Assembly: GCA_945889655.1 (NCBI GenBank)
Contig: CAMDCH010000001.1
Location: 1 to 45,116, forward strand
Source of the DNA: a bacterium HR33
Lineage (GTDB): Bacteria; Gemmatimonadota; Gemmatimonadetes; Gemmatimonadales; GWC2-71-9
Length of the DNA stretch: 45,116 nt
Direction of reading: 5' to 3'
This document shows, piece by piece, positions 1 to 8,569 of the stretch (its first letter is position 1; every line of letters starts with the position of its first letter). The notes under the pieces are model-generated. The model saw only the letters and a program-made list of their open reading frames with translations. It was not told the DNA's origin and did not search any database. Both the position numbers and the translations under genes were made by a program.

Positions 1-144
1 GTGTCGCACGGGGGCACTCGACCGGCAGCCAGCGAGGATACCTGAAGGCATGTCGCTGCCGGCCGTGTGACCCCGTGCTCCACAGCGCTCATCGGGTCTC
101 CCCTCGCTGTGCCTACGCTCGGTTACATTCGGACTTAGGACAGC

Positions 145-1536
145 ATGCCTGCTACCCGGATCCAGCTCACACTCACGGCACTGATGCTCGCGGCACTCGC
201 CGCGTGCGGTCGTACTCCGGCCGCCGCGCCGGTGCCGACCGCCGCCGCGCCGTCCGCAGGCGCTTGCGTCGTCGCGGGTGAAGGACCTTCGGCCGAGCGG
301 CTCACCGTCGCCTTTACCGAGCCGCTGTCTCCCAGCCGGCCGGCCGAAGCCGCCACGCGCGCGGCAGCAATCATTTTTCGCCACCTCTACGAGCCGCTGG
401 TCCGCGTGACCTGCGACGGCCATGTCCTGCCCGGCGCCGCGGAGTCGTGGACCACGCCTGACAGCGGGCGGAGCTGGATCTTCAAGCTCCGTCGTACCCT
501 GCGGTTCTGGGACGACTCGGGCGTGCCAACGTCCGAGATCCTCGAGAGCTGGAAGGGTTACGAGACCGAGGCGGGCTACGTCCCATGGGCGGGCATCGCG
601 CGCGCGCGGGTAGTGGACGATCAGCGCGTCGCGGTCTACATGAAGAATCCCTCGGCGGAGTTCCCGAAGACGCTGGGCGACCACAGGCTCGCGATTGCGG
701 TCCAGCTCCGGCGCTCCGAGTGGCCCATGGGGACCGGGCCGTACCGGCCGGTTCTCGAGACGGACAGCACCCTGACGGTCGAGTGGTGGGATGGGAACCG
801 GCGACGTCCCGAGGGCGCACCCAAGTCCATCGACTTCATCTCGATGGGGACGCGCGGGGCGCGGGACCGGCTGGACCAGGGGCTGGACGCGCTCATCGCG
901 GAAGATTCGACACTGCTCGCGTACGCCGTGGCGCGGGGGATGGCGGCGACGCCCCTCCCGTGGGACCGCACGTATGTCCTCTTCGTGCCGACCAACGACC
1001 GCCTCCATGCGCCGGTTGACGGTCCGCGCGACGGGTTTCTCGAATCGGTGGCGCGCGACGCCGTCGGTGCCGAGGCGCAGGTGTCGCCGCGAGGCCAGGG
1101 GTGGCGCGCTGAAGCATGCCCGCGCGGGGCGTCGGCCGGGGTGGACCCGGTGAGCCAGGCGCGGCGCGTGGTCTATTTCTCGGAGGATGCGACGGCTCGT
1201 GAGCTGGCACATCGGCTCGTCGCCTTTGCGGGCGCGCCGGGCCAGGGCGGGGAGTGGCTGGTGGAGGCGTACCGCCAGCCGACGGGAGCGCGCACGTTTC
1301 CGTTCGCGGTGGGGCTGGAGCGGAGCGCGTGGCAGCAGGCGCTGGCGCGCGGGAACGAGGTCGCCTTCGTGATCGGCCTGCCAGGGCTGGGTGAGATGGT
1401 CTGCGCCAGGCCGGGGCGGCCCGAAGGCGCCTGGTTCCCGCTGATCGACACCCGCGTGCGCGTGGCCCTCCGTCCCGGCGCGGGCGCCTGGTCGGCGGAC
1501 CACGATGGCGTTCCGCACGTGCGAGACCTCCCGTGA
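145..1536 (+). CDS. Solute-binding protein family 5-like lipoprotein, first gene of an SBP-HK-RR operon
   Basis: 463-aa ORF with an N-terminal signal and lipobox-like LAACG. The segment FRHLYEPLVRV..DGHVLPGAAESWTTPDSGRSWIFKLRRTLRFWDD resembles the SBP_bac_5 signature region. Its stop overlaps the next gene's GTG start (1533-1536). Confidence 0.6.
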   Translation: MPATRIQLTLTALMLAALAACGRTPAAAPVPTAAAPSAGACVVAGEGPSAERLTVAFTEPLSPSRPAEAATRAAAIIFRHLYEPLVRVTCDGHVLPGAAESWTTPDSGRSWIFKLRRTLRFWDDSGVPTSEILESWKGYETEAGYVPWAGIARARVVDDQRVAVYMKNPSAEFPKTLGDHRLAIAVQLRRSEWPMGTGPYRPVLETDSTLTVEWWDGNRRRPEGAPKSIDFISMGTRGARDRLDQGLDALIAEDSTLLAYAVARGMAATPLPWDRTYVLFVPTNDRLHAPVDGPRDGFLESVARDAVGAEAQVSPRGQGWRAEACPRGASAGVDPVSQARRVVYFSEDATARELAHRLVAFAGAPGQGGEWLVEAYRQPTGARTFPFAVGLERSAWQQALARGNEVAFVIGLPGLGEMVCARPGRPEGAWFPLIDTRVRVALRPGAGAWSADHDGVPHVRDLP

Positions 1537-3233
1537 AATTCCGGACGCGGCTGCTGCTCGCGTTCGCGGCAGTCGTCGTGGCGCCGCTGATCACGCTGAT
1601 TGTTGGCATCCGCTACGAGTTCGGCGAACGGCTCGAAGGACAGTACCGGGAACGCCTGGAGCGCATCGCGTCGCTGATTGACGCTGATTTGCAGGTGGAA
1701 GCGACGGATCTCGAGCGCCGGATCCAGACGATTACCGCGGACATAGCGTCGGACAATCGTTTCAGGCTCGCGCTCGCTGGGCAGGCCGACCGCCGGTACA
1801 TCCTCGACTATTCGCCGCGCATGATGGAACAGGGTGGACTCGCCACGCTCTGGATACAGGATTCGTCCGGGCGAATTCTCTCTTCCGGTCACTACCGCAA
1901 CGAGTTCGACCGCATCGTCCGTCTGTTGCCGTCGGCGGACGCCCGGTTTCTGAAGGTCCGACTCCCAGACGGGAACCGCGTGGTCTTTGCGCGCAGGGAA
2001 GGCATCGCGGTCGGGGCGGCCCGTCTCTCCCTGGTCGCCGGCGTCGACGGTCCCGCGCTACTCGCCCGTTACGCGTCGCCGGATTCGCAGGTCACCGTCC
2101 GGCTGCTGCTTCCGGAAGATTCGCTCCCGTCCCTCCCCGGCGCGGTTTCGCAAGTCCTCGCGCAACCGTATGAGGACACCACGGTCGAAGGGGTTGCCGG
2201 CGGTGTGCGGATCATGGTGAGCCAGTCGCTCGGGCCGCTCGCCCAGGTCCGGCGGAACGTGGACCGCTGGTTCCTGGTGGCCGGCGTGGTGACCCTGGGG
2301 GCGGCGCTCGCCATCGCGTGGGCGCTGGCCAATCGTGTAAGTCAGCCCCTCGAAGATCTCGCCGAGAAGACCGCTCGGCTCGACCTCGAGCGGCTGGATG
2401 TTTCCTTTGTTGAGGAGGGGCAAGGGGAGGGGCAGGGGGAGGGTGAGGTCGCCGAGCTGGCGCGCACGCTCCAGCAGATGACGGACCGCCTGCGGGCCAG
2501 CATGGCCACGCTGCGGGAAGCCGAGCGGCGCGCGACCGTGGGCGACCTGGCCCGGCAGCTCAACCACGACATCAAGAACGGTCTCGTGCCGGTGCGGAAT
2601 GTCTTTCGCCATCTCTCGCAGGTGGCGACGGAGAACCCGGCGCAGCTTCCGGCGATCATGCTCGAGCGGCAGGGAACCATCGAGGCGGGGATTACCTATC
2701 TCGAGAACCTCGCCCGCAACTACGCGCGCCTGACACCCGCGCTCGACCGCCAGCCCAGCAATCTGAATGCAATCATCAATGAGGTCGTGCCCCCACTCGG
2801 CACGGGGGCACACCTCGAGCTGGATCTCGCGCCCGGGTTGCCGGACGTGGCGGCGGACCCGCTCGTGCTGCGGCGGATACTGGAGAATCTCGTGAGCAAC
2901 GCGGTCGAGAGTCTCGATGAGGGAGGGGGACAGGTGACCGTGATCACGCGCGGCGGTGGAAACGGAACGGGCGCCTCTTCCGTAGTTCGGCTGACGGTGG
3001 CGGACCAGGGGCGGGGGATGACGGAGCAGGAGCTGGAGCGCGCGTTCCAGGATTTCTACACGACCAAGGCGGGCGGGACCGGCCTGGGGCTCTCGATCGT
3101 TCGCCGCCTTGTGCTTGATCTGAACGGAAGCATGCGCGTAGAGACGGCGCCGAAGAACGGCACTCGCTTCATCATCGATCTGCCGGCAGCGGGCCCACCC
3201 GCCAACCCGCCTACCCGCCTACCCGCCCCATGA
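1533..3233 (+). CDS. Sensor histidine kinase (TM, HAMP-like linker, HisKA, HATPase_c)
   Basis: 566-aa ORF with an N-terminal TM helix and a second TM (WFLVAGVVTLGAALAIAWAL). H-box NHDIKNGL; N/G boxes ENLVSNAVES, DQGRGM, TTKAGGTGLGLSIVRRL. The start overlaps the upstream gene and the stop overlaps the downstream gene. Confidence 0.85.
   Translation: MKFRTRLLLAFAAVVVAPLITLIVGIRYEFGERLEGQYRERLERIASLIDADLQVEATDLERRIQTITADIASDNRFRLALAGQADRRYILDYSPRMMEQGGLATLWIQDSSGRILSSGHYRNEFDRIVRLLPSADARFLKVRLPDGNRVVFARREGIAVGAARLSLVAGVDGPALLARYASPDSQVTVRLLLPEDSLPSLPGAVSQVLAQPYEDTTVEGVAGGVRIMVSQSLGPLAQVRRNVDRWFLVAGVVTLGAALAIAWALANRVSQPLEDLAEKTARLDLERLDVSFVEEGQGEGQGEGEVAELARTLQQMTDRLRASMATLREAERRATVGDLARQLNHDIKNGLVPVRNVFRHLSQVATENPAQLPAIMLERQGTIEAGITYLENLARNYARLTPALDRQPSNLNAIINEVVPPLGTGAHLELDLAPGLPDVAADPLVLRRILENLVSNAVESLDEGGGQVTVITRGGGNGTGASSVVRLTVADQGRGMTEQELERAFQDFYTTKAGGTGLGLSIVRRLVLDLNGSMRVETAPKNGTRFIIDLPAAGPPANPPTRLPAP
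3198..3229 (+). repeat. Tandem octamer array (ACCCGCCN)x4 at the 3' end of the kinase gene
   Basis: acccgcca acccgcct acccgcct acccgccc read directly from the sequence. It encodes the kinase C-terminal PANPPTRLPAP. The same octamer, in the sense orientation of its gene, recurs at 45026-45057. Confidence 0.8.
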
Positions 3234-4588
3234 CGCTCGTTCTCATCGTGGATGATGTCCCCGCCATGTCGGAGCAGTACGCCTACGACCTCAAGCGGCT
3301 CGGCGGATTCGATACGCTCACCGCTGCCGATGGCCGGCAAGCGCTCGAGGTGCTCGAGCGTGAGCCGGTGGACTGCATGATCCTGGACCTCGAGATGCCG
3401 GTACTGGACGGGTTCGGGGTTCTCCAGGCGCTCAAGCAGAAGAAGAGCGACCTGCCCGTGATCGTCTACACCGGCGCCGGCAACTTCGAGCGCTGCATCC
3501 AGGCGGTGCGGCTCGGCGCCTACGGGTTCATCGACAAGGCGGAGCCGGTCGAGCGGGTTGTCGCGGAGGTCGAGAAGGCCATCGAGCGCCGGCAGCTCGT
3601 GGCCGAGGTGTCGGGATTGAAGCGGAGGCTGGGACCGGATTCGCCGCTGGTTGGCGGCAGCTCGGCCATCCGGAAACTCCAGGAGTCCATCGCGCGCGTG
3701 GCGCCCATTCCCAGTCCGGTCCTGATCGTCGGCGAGAGCGGGACAGGCAAAGAGCTGGTCGCGCGCGAGCTTCACCGCCTGGGTCCCGGTGGTGCCAACG
3801 CGCCTTACGTCGCGGTCAACAGTGCGGCGTTACCGGAGCAACTGGTCGAGAGCGAGCTGTTCGGTCATGAGCGTGGGGCGTTCACCGGCGCGGCGCAGCT
3901 CAGGCAGGGGGCGTTCGAGGCGGCGGGGAAGGGCACCATCTTCCTGGACGAGATCGGCGAGCTCCCTCTTCCAGCTCAGGCCAAGCTCCTTCGCGTTCTT
4001 GAGGACCGGAAGCTCACCAGGCTCGGCGGCAACCGGACGGTGAACGTCGAGTCGCGTGTCGTTGCTGCTACTAATCGCGACCTCGATGCCGAGGTGGCGG
4101 AGAAGCGGTTCCGGCAGGATCTCCTGTTCAGGCTGAACGTCCACATCATCCACGTTCCGCCGCTCCGGGATCGCCTGGCGGATGTGGCCGAGCTGGTCGA
4201 GCGCTTTGTCGCTTCCATGTGCGTGCGCTTTGCCATGAAGCAGAAGACGGTCGAGCCAGGTGTGCTCAAGGCGCTGGCTGGCTATGACTGGAAGCGGAAT
4301 AACGTTCGCGAGCTGCGCAACGTGGTCGAGCGGATGATTATTGCTTCGGATGGCGATCTCATCACCGTCGCGGATATCCCAACCGAGATCCAGTTGGAGA
4401 GTCGGGTGGGTGGGCCGGAGGCGGGGACCTTCGCGCGGATGAAGGAAGACGCCGAGCGGGAGATCGTGAAGGCGGCGCTGGAGCGGAATGAGTGGCAGAT
4501 CACGAAGACCGCAAAGGAGCTGGGTCTCGCGGATCATGCGAGCTTGCACAAGATCATGAAGAGGTTGGGGCTGGCGAGGGCCAAGTAG
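3230..4588 (+). CDS. Sigma-54-dependent response regulator (NtrC family)
   Basis: 452 aa. REC domain (ILDLEMP), AAA+ sigma-54 interaction domain with Walker A GESGTGKE and a GAFTGA loop, and a C-terminal Fis-type HTH (ITKTAKELGL). Confidence 0.9.
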   Translation: MTLVLIVDDVPAMSEQYAYDLKRLGGFDTLTAADGRQALEVLEREPVDCMILDLEMPVLDGFGVLQALKQKKSDLPVIVYTGAGNFERCIQAVRLGAYGFIDKAEPVERVVAEVEKAIERRQLVAEVSGLKRRLGPDSPLVGGSSAIRKLQESIARVAPIPSPVLIVGESGTGKELVARELHRLGPGGANAPYVAVNSAALPEQLVESELFGHERGAFTGAAQLRQGAFEAAGKGTIFLDEIGELPLPAQAKLLRVLEDRKLTRLGGNRTVNVESRVVAATNRDLDAEVAEKRFRQDLLFRLNVHIIHVPPLRDRLADVAELVERFVASMCVRFAMKQKTVEPGVLKALAGYDWKRNNVRELRNVVERMIIASDGDLITVADIPTEIQLESRVGGPEAGTFARMKEDAEREIVKAALERNEWQITKTAKELGLADHASLHKIMKRLGLARAK

Positions 4589-4651
4589 CCACTATTGCCT
4601 TGCTACTCGGTCGTCGTCAGCAGCGGGCTTTGACCTAGAAGTCGTTCCCCC

Positions 4652-6061
4652 TTACGGGACCAACTCGCGTATCACGCCATCGGCCTTGTTCAATAGGAAG
4701 ACGCGATTCTCGAGCCCGACTCCGAACCTGAGATCGGCGCGGCCGGCCGGTGAGCGTCCGGCCGCAGTCGCGGCGTCGCCCAGCACCTGAAGAAACCGCC
4801 TTGGCGCACCGCCGCCGCTCGCGAACAGAACCCGGCGGAAGTTGCCACCGCCCTGCGGAAGGCGGTCGGCATCGAATGCGAACATCTCGCCGCTGGGGAA
4901 ATCGGCGAACAGCACCTGGTTCCGCAGCGCGGTGAGCGGTCCGGCCCGGTAGACGATCACGCCGGTGACGGCCACGTTGCCGAGGAGCAAGGGATCGCGA
5001 TGATCGTATTCGACCACCGGGTACAGCACGTTCGTGTCGCCGCGAACGCCCTCGGTGCTCACGATGCCGCGCCCGGCCACGCGATAGCTGCCTTCCCAGA
5101 TGTTCCACCCCAGGTTGGCCCCGGACCGCACGAGTGAAATCTTCTCGACGGCGTTCTGGCCGATGTCGCTCATGAACATGTTGCCGTTGGCGGGATCCCA
5201 GCCGAACCGCTGGGGATTCCGCACGCCGGAGGCGTAGATCTCCTTCAGCGCGCCTGACGGTCCTCCCTGCGCCCACGGGTTCGTCGCCGGGATACCGTAC
5301 TTCCCATTGGGCGAGCTGGTGCCGAGGGGATCAATTCGAAGAATCTTGCCGAAGATCGAGGCGGCGTTCTGGGCCATGTTCAGCGGGTCGCCGCCGCTCC
5401 CGCCGTCCGCGACTCCAACGTAGAGGAGCCCGAAGTCGGGCTGTCCGGAACGCGCCAGCGGATTGAAGGCGAGCATGCCGCCGTTGTGGTTGGCGAACGG
5501 CTGCTCGATGCGGAGCAACTGCTTCGGCGCGTCACCGTCATAGGTGGGAGAGGCGGGACTCCTGGCGCGCCACTCGTGCAGCGCGGTGTGGTGCGTGTTG
5601 CCTCCGCCGCCGGGCCGGTAGTCGACCGGGACACTTGTGTCGACCACATCTGACCAGGTGTAGAAGCGACCGTAGCCCGGCGTGCCGGCCTGGGCGAACT
5701 GCGGGTGGAACGCGAAGCTCTGGACTCCGCGTTCGCGTCCCCCCGACTGCACCTGGACGTTCCACTGCGCGGCATTCACGTCGAGGTACGGCGTGACGGT
5801 GCGGCCGTCGTAGCCAACGCTGTAGACCGGGCCGCGCATGTCGTTTACGAACAGGCGGCGCGTGCCGGGCTCGTCCACGAGGAGCATCATGCGGGCGGGA
5901 ACGCCGGCGATGTCCGGGACGCGGGCAAAGTCCGCGACGTTGACCACGATGGCGCGCGCCGTGTCGATGGGTGGAAGCGGGTCGCCGGTTTGCTGCGCGC
6001 ACGCCGGTGCGGCGAGCACGCTCATGACGAGAAAGGCAGACAGGATCGCGGATGTTTTCAT
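4652..6061 (-). CDS. PQQ-dependent sugar dehydrogenase-like protein (GSDH/YliI family), secreted
   Basis: 469 aa with signal peptide [23 protein letters not shown]. Motifs [11 protein letters not shown] and [12 protein letters not shown] are typical of soluble glucose/sorbosone dehydrogenase beta-propellers. Confidence 0.8.
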   Translation of the reverse strand: MKTSAILSAFLVMSVLAAPACAQQTGDPLPPIDTARAIVVNVADFARVPDIAGVPARMMLLVDEPGTRRLFVNDMRGPVYSVGYDGRTVTPYLDVNAAQWNVQVQSGGRERGVQSFAFHPQFAQAGTPGYGRFYTWSDVVDTSVPVDYRPGGGGNTHHTALHEWRARSPASPTYDGDAPKQLLRIEQPFANHNGGMLAFNPLARSGQPDFGLLYVGVADGGSGGDPLNMAQNAASIFGKILRIDPLGTSSPNGKYGIPATNPWAQGGPSGALKEIYASGVRNPQRFGWDPANGNMFMSDIGQNAVEKISLVRSGANLGWNIWEGSYRVAGRGIVSTEGVRGDTNVLYPVVEYDHRDPLLLGNVAVTGVIVYRAGPLTALRNQVLFADFPSGEMFAFDADRLPQGGGNFRRVLFASGGGAPRRFLQVLGDAATAAGRSPAGRADLRFGVGLENRVFLLNKADGVIRELVP

Positions 6062-6109
6062 GTGGCCGTCGGGGTTCGGGGTGGAGTAGGTGAAACGCTA
6101 CCCCGGGAT

Positions 6110-6391
6110 GTAGCTCGAGGGCAACGGGTGGGCGCGTCGCGGGCCGTAACCCAGGCGGTGTGGAGTAGCGGCCTGACCAAGCGCGCCACCTGTCACACCT
6201 TCCGGCATTCATTTGCGACCCACCTTCTCGAGAGCGGTGCGGACATCCGGACCGTCCAGGAGCTCCTGGGCCATCGGGACGTTTCCACCACCATGCTCTA
6301 TACCCATGTCCTGAATCGAGGCGGGCTCGGCGTTCGGAGTCCGGCGGACCGGAGTGACTTCCAGGACCTGCTTGCAGGCATGGCGGATTAG
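6110..6391 (+). pseudogene. intI: 5'-truncated integron integrase remnant (C-terminal ~85-90 aa only)
   Basis: The tail of ORF 5705..6391 reads [71 protein letters not shown]. This is the box II HxxR / catalytic-Tyr region of tyrosine recombinases plus the IntI-typical YTHVL..GG.GV.SP.D tail. The upstream part of the ORF is only antisense to the dehydrogenase gene, so the N-terminal ~230 aa of an integrase are absent. The left boundary is approximate. Confidence 0.75.
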
Positions 6392-6470
6392 GCTGCGAAG
6401 GCGTAGGATGAGCGTGTTAGGCTGCAAGACGGAACCACGACCACGCAGGTCCAATACTAGTTAGACGGCG
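6385..6470 (+). promoter_or_regulatory. attI-like region with three integrase-box-like repeats ending in a GTTAGAC crossover-type site
   Basis: ATTAGGCTGCGAAG (6388-), GTTAGGCTGCAAGA (6416-) and GTTAGACGGCGCC (6460-). The last has the same GTTAGRCGGC context that follows each attC R' site. Confidence 0.4.
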
Positions 6471-6485
6471 CCACCGGAGGCTAAC

Positions 6486-6716
6486 ATGTCTCAACCCGAG
6501 TCCCCGCTAGGACGTTCAATTGGCCTCGCCGGCGTCATTCGCTGGCTCATCGCCGTGGTGGCTGCGATCGCAATCGGTGCGGCATTCGCCGACGGCTACT
6601 ACGCTTTGGCCATCGCTGGCATCGTATTCCTTGTTGCTGCGGTGGCTCTTGGGTATCGGGCTTGGCGCGCTCGGCCGGCGGCCGGTGCTCCCCGCTCTCC
6701 GCAAAGGCCCTTGTGA
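6486..6716 (+). CDS. Cassette 1: small two-TM membrane protein, unknown function
   Basis: 76-aa ORF with two hydrophobic helices (VIRWLIAVVAAIAIGAAF; LAIAGIVFLVAAVALGY). It ends 11 nt before attC1. Confidence 0.5.
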   Translation: MSQPESPLGRSIGLAGVIRWLIAVVAAIAIGAAFADGYYALAIAGIVFLVAAVALGYRAWRARPAAGAPRSPQRPL

Positions 6717-6727
6717 ACCAAGGCGCC

Positions 6728-6872
6728 GTCTAACAAGTGCTTGAAGCTGGCGAGCGCTCGCAAGTAAGGAAGAATTGCATATGTGCCCGCTGCATTTGAT
6801 ACACGTTGCCGGCCTGCACCTCCTTGCGCCGGATGAGCCGGCGCTCGCAGCTTAAGCGCAGCTCGGTTAGAC
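6728..6872 (+). repeat. Integron attC site 1
   Basis: R'' GTCTAAC at 6728-6734 and R' GTTAGAC at 6866-6872. The left arm GCTTGAAGCTGGCGAGCGC pairs with the right arm GCGCTCGCAGCTTAAGC, leaving two unpaired G in the left arm. Homologous to the repeats at 7330, 8042, 8570 and 11356. Confidence 0.8.
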
Positions 6873-6905
6873 GGCAGCAACCTTCGTGGCTAGATTCGAA
6901 GTACG

Positions 6906-7109
6906 ATGATATTCCGCATTGAGATCGAGCGTGAGACGGACGGTCGCTGGCTGGCCGAGGTGCCGGACTTGGCTGGCGTCATGACGTACGGCGCCTCGCG
7001 CGATGAGGCTATGTCGCGCGTTCAGGCCCTGGCGCTGCGCGTCATTGCCGAGCGCCTCGAGCACGGCGAAGCTCAAGCCCAGCTGCAGATCACCTTCCAG
7101 GCTGCGTGA
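6906..7109 (+). CDS. hicB: Cassette 2: HicB-family antitoxin (UPF0150)
   Basis: 67 aa. MIFRIEIERETDGRWLAEVPDLAGVMTYGASRDEAMSRVQALALRVIAERLE matches the HicB N-terminal fold pattern (..DG.W.A.VPDL.G....G.T.EEA...). GTGA overlap with the next gene. Confidence 0.8.
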   Translation: MIFRIEIERETDGRWLAEVPDLAGVMTYGASRDEAMSRVQALALRVIAERLEHGEAQAQLQITFQAA

Positions 7110-7317
7110 GCACGTGGGGAGCCGCGCCGGCGCGTCGCGTGCTGGCTGCTCTCCTTCGTATCGGCTGGTCCCTCAAACGCTCATCCGGTTCCCACATGAC
7201 ACTCAGCCGGCCAGGCTGGGCCGACTATGCATTCGCCTTCCACGACTCCGAAGAGATCGGTCCCAAGATGCTTCCCGGATTGGAAAGCGGACCGGTCTTC
7301 AACCCGAAGATCTCTGA
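7106..7317 (+). pseudogene. hicA: Cassette 2: HicA/YcfA-family toxin with an apparent 1-nt deletion near the 3' end
   Basis: Frame 2 gives ..RRVLAALLRIGWSLKRSSGSHMTLSRPGWADYAFAFHDSEEIGPKML. The family-typical C-terminus (A)RIGKRTGLQPEDL* is in frame 1 and ends at 7317, just before attC2. The uninterrupted frame instead reads through attC2 to 7456. Confidence 0.65.
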
Positions 7318-7329
7318 TCAACGGCTGCC

Positions 7330-7473
7330 GTCTAACAAGCGCTTGAAGTTGCCGAGCGCGTTGTTTGGAACAATTGCATTCGTGCCCGCCGCCTTTGATC
7401 AGACGAGTCATCAATCCACCCTCCTTGCGCCGCAGCAGTCTACGCTCGCAGCTTAAGCGCAACTCCGTTAGCC
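7330..7473 (+). repeat. Integron attC site 2
   Basis: R'' GTCTAAC at 7330-7336 and R' GTTAGCC at 7467-7473. Same conserved internal sequence (..gaacaattgcattcgtgcccgccgc..ccctccttgcgccgc..gctcgcagcttaagcgcaactcc). Confidence 0.8.
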
Positions 7474-7524
7474 AGCAGCTCCCGTAGCTGCCGCTCCAAC
7501 CCGTTCCGCCGTAAGATTCTGTGA

Positions 7525-7761
7525 ATGCCCACGGTTCTCAGATCTGGCCCGTACCGCTTCTTCTTCTATTCGGCCGATCGGGAAGAACCACCCCATGTGC
7601 ATGTAGCCCGGGATGATTGCCATGCCAAGTTCTGGCTCGAGCCGGCGCGGTTGGACCAAAGCACCGGGTTCGGCCGGGCAGAGTTGAGAAAGCTTGAGGT
7701 CCTAGTGCATCAGAACGCAGGCCCGCTTCGAAAGGCGTGGGATGACTACTTCACCACATGA
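7525..7761 (+). CDS. Cassette 3: DUF4160 domain protein
   Basis: 78 aa. The pattern ..YRFFFYSADREEPPHVHVARDDCHAKFWLEP.. matches the DUF4160 core (F.FY..EH.PPH.HV......AKF.L). Confidence 0.8.
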   Translation: MPTVLRSGPYRFFFYSADREEPPHVHVARDDCHAKFWLEPARLDQSTGFGRAELRKLEVLVHQNAGPLRKAWDDYFTT

Positions 7762-8047
7762 TCTCCGACAGGCATTGGCCCAAGACGTCCGCGTTGTCGA
7801 TGAAACCCTCATCGTCGACCTAGTGGACGGCCGGACCCTGTCAGTGCCCGTTGCCTGGTACCCTCGCCTCGCCCACGGCACTGCTGCCGAGCAAGCACAG
7901 TGGGAGTTGATAGGCCGAGGCCATGGGATCCATTGGGTGCAGCTGGACGAGGATATCGGCGTCGACGATCTGCTGGCGGGGCACCGTTCGGGGGAGTCCC
8001 AAGCATCGTTGCAGCGCTGGCTCCAATCCCGGAAGGCTGCTGGCTAA
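7742..8047 (+). CDS. Cassette 3: DUF2442 domain protein
   Basis: 101 aa. ..LIVDLVDGRTLSVPVAWYPRL..A...Q..WELIGRGHGIHWVQLDEDIGVDDLL is the DUF2442 pattern. The TAA stop lies inside the R'' box of attC3. Confidence 0.8.
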   Translation: MTTSPHDLRQALAQDVRVVDETLIVDLVDGRTLSVPVAWYPRLAHGTAAEQAQWELIGRGHGIHWVQLDEDIGVDDLLAGHRSGESQASLQRWLQSRKAAG

Positions 8048-8185
8048 CAAGCGCTTGAAGCTGACGAGTGCTTTACCAGGAACAATTGCATTCGTGCCCG
8101 CCGCATTTGTTCAGACGGGGCACCAATCCACCCTCCTTGCGCCGCATGAGCCTGCGCTCGCAGCTTAAGCGCAACTCCGTTAGGC
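8042..8185 (+). repeat. Integron attC site 3
   Basis: R''-like GGCTAAC at 8042-8048 and R' GTTAGGC at 8179-8185. Conserved family sequence. Confidence 0.8.
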
Positions 8186-8192
8186 GGCAACA

Positions 8193-8564
8193 ATGCTCTC
8201 CAGGCCCACCCGCTGGCTGACCGTAGTTGGGGCGTTTTTCCTACTGAGCGCTTGCTACACCTGGCGTCCTGTGCCAATGACAGCCTTCGGACCTGAGTCC
8301 GTTGTCCGCGTCACTACGCAGGAAGGGGCCACGTTTCTCTTGCACGACAGCCGCCCGATTGGAGACAGTGTATGGGGCTGGATCGACACCGCACCCCGTC
8401 TTCGATCGGATACTGCCATGGCCCGGACAGCCCTACGGCAGTTGGAGGTTCAGCGCCTCCATGCCGGACGATCAATCGCTCTCGGAGCGGGAGTTGGGAT
8501 ACCCGTAGCCTTAGCCTTCGCTGCCCTCACGACCCGATGCTTGTTTGTCTGCGTCGAGTATTGA
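8193..8564 (+). CDS. Cassette 4: lipoprotein with a C-terminal TM segment, unknown function
   Basis: 123 aa. Lipobox FLLSAC and a C-terminal hydrophobic segment (IALGAGVGIPVALAFAAL). It starts 8 nt after attC3 and ends 5 nt before attC4. Confidence 0.55.
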   Translation: MLSRPTRWLTVVGAFFLLSACYTWRPVPMTAFGPESVVRVTTQEGATFLLHDSRPIGDSVWGWIDTAPRLRSDTAMARTALRQLEVQRLHAGRSIALGAGVGIPVALAFAALTTRCLFVCVEY

Positions 8565-8569
8565 GTGCC

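Noticed and set aside
893-1609. Many long ORFs antisense to, or out of frame with, the called genes. Examples: 893..1609-, 13272..14282+, 18626..20062+, 24720..26006-, 27976..29121+, 31593..32636-, 36922..37782+, 43310..44161-.
   Set aside because: They are Arg/Ala/Pro/Gly-rich with no recognisable motifs and fully overlap genes that have clear family signatures. This is the typical open-frame artefact of GC-rich DNA.
2401-2448. A GGGCAGGGGGAG-type short repeat inside the kinase gene (encodes EEGQGEGQGEGEV).
   Set aside because: It is an in-frame low-complexity linker between the HAMP-like and HisKA regions, is not palindromic, and is not shared with the intergenic repeat families. It is treated as ordinary coding sequence.
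5705-6391. A 228-aa ORF that might be read as a complete small recombinase.
   Set aside because: Only the last ~85-90 aa resemble a tyrosine recombinase. The first ~140 codons are simply antisense to the sugar dehydrogenase gene, and no N-terminal recombinase motifs are seen.
7106-7456. A 116-aa ORF extending the HicA-like gene through attC2. The N-terminal part of ORF 8614..9120 crosses attC4 in the same way.
   Set aside because: The extensions are translations of the conserved attC repeat, with the same residues recurring in ORFs 7923..8168 and 10047..10457. They arise from a frameshift or from open frames in GC-rich repeat DNA.
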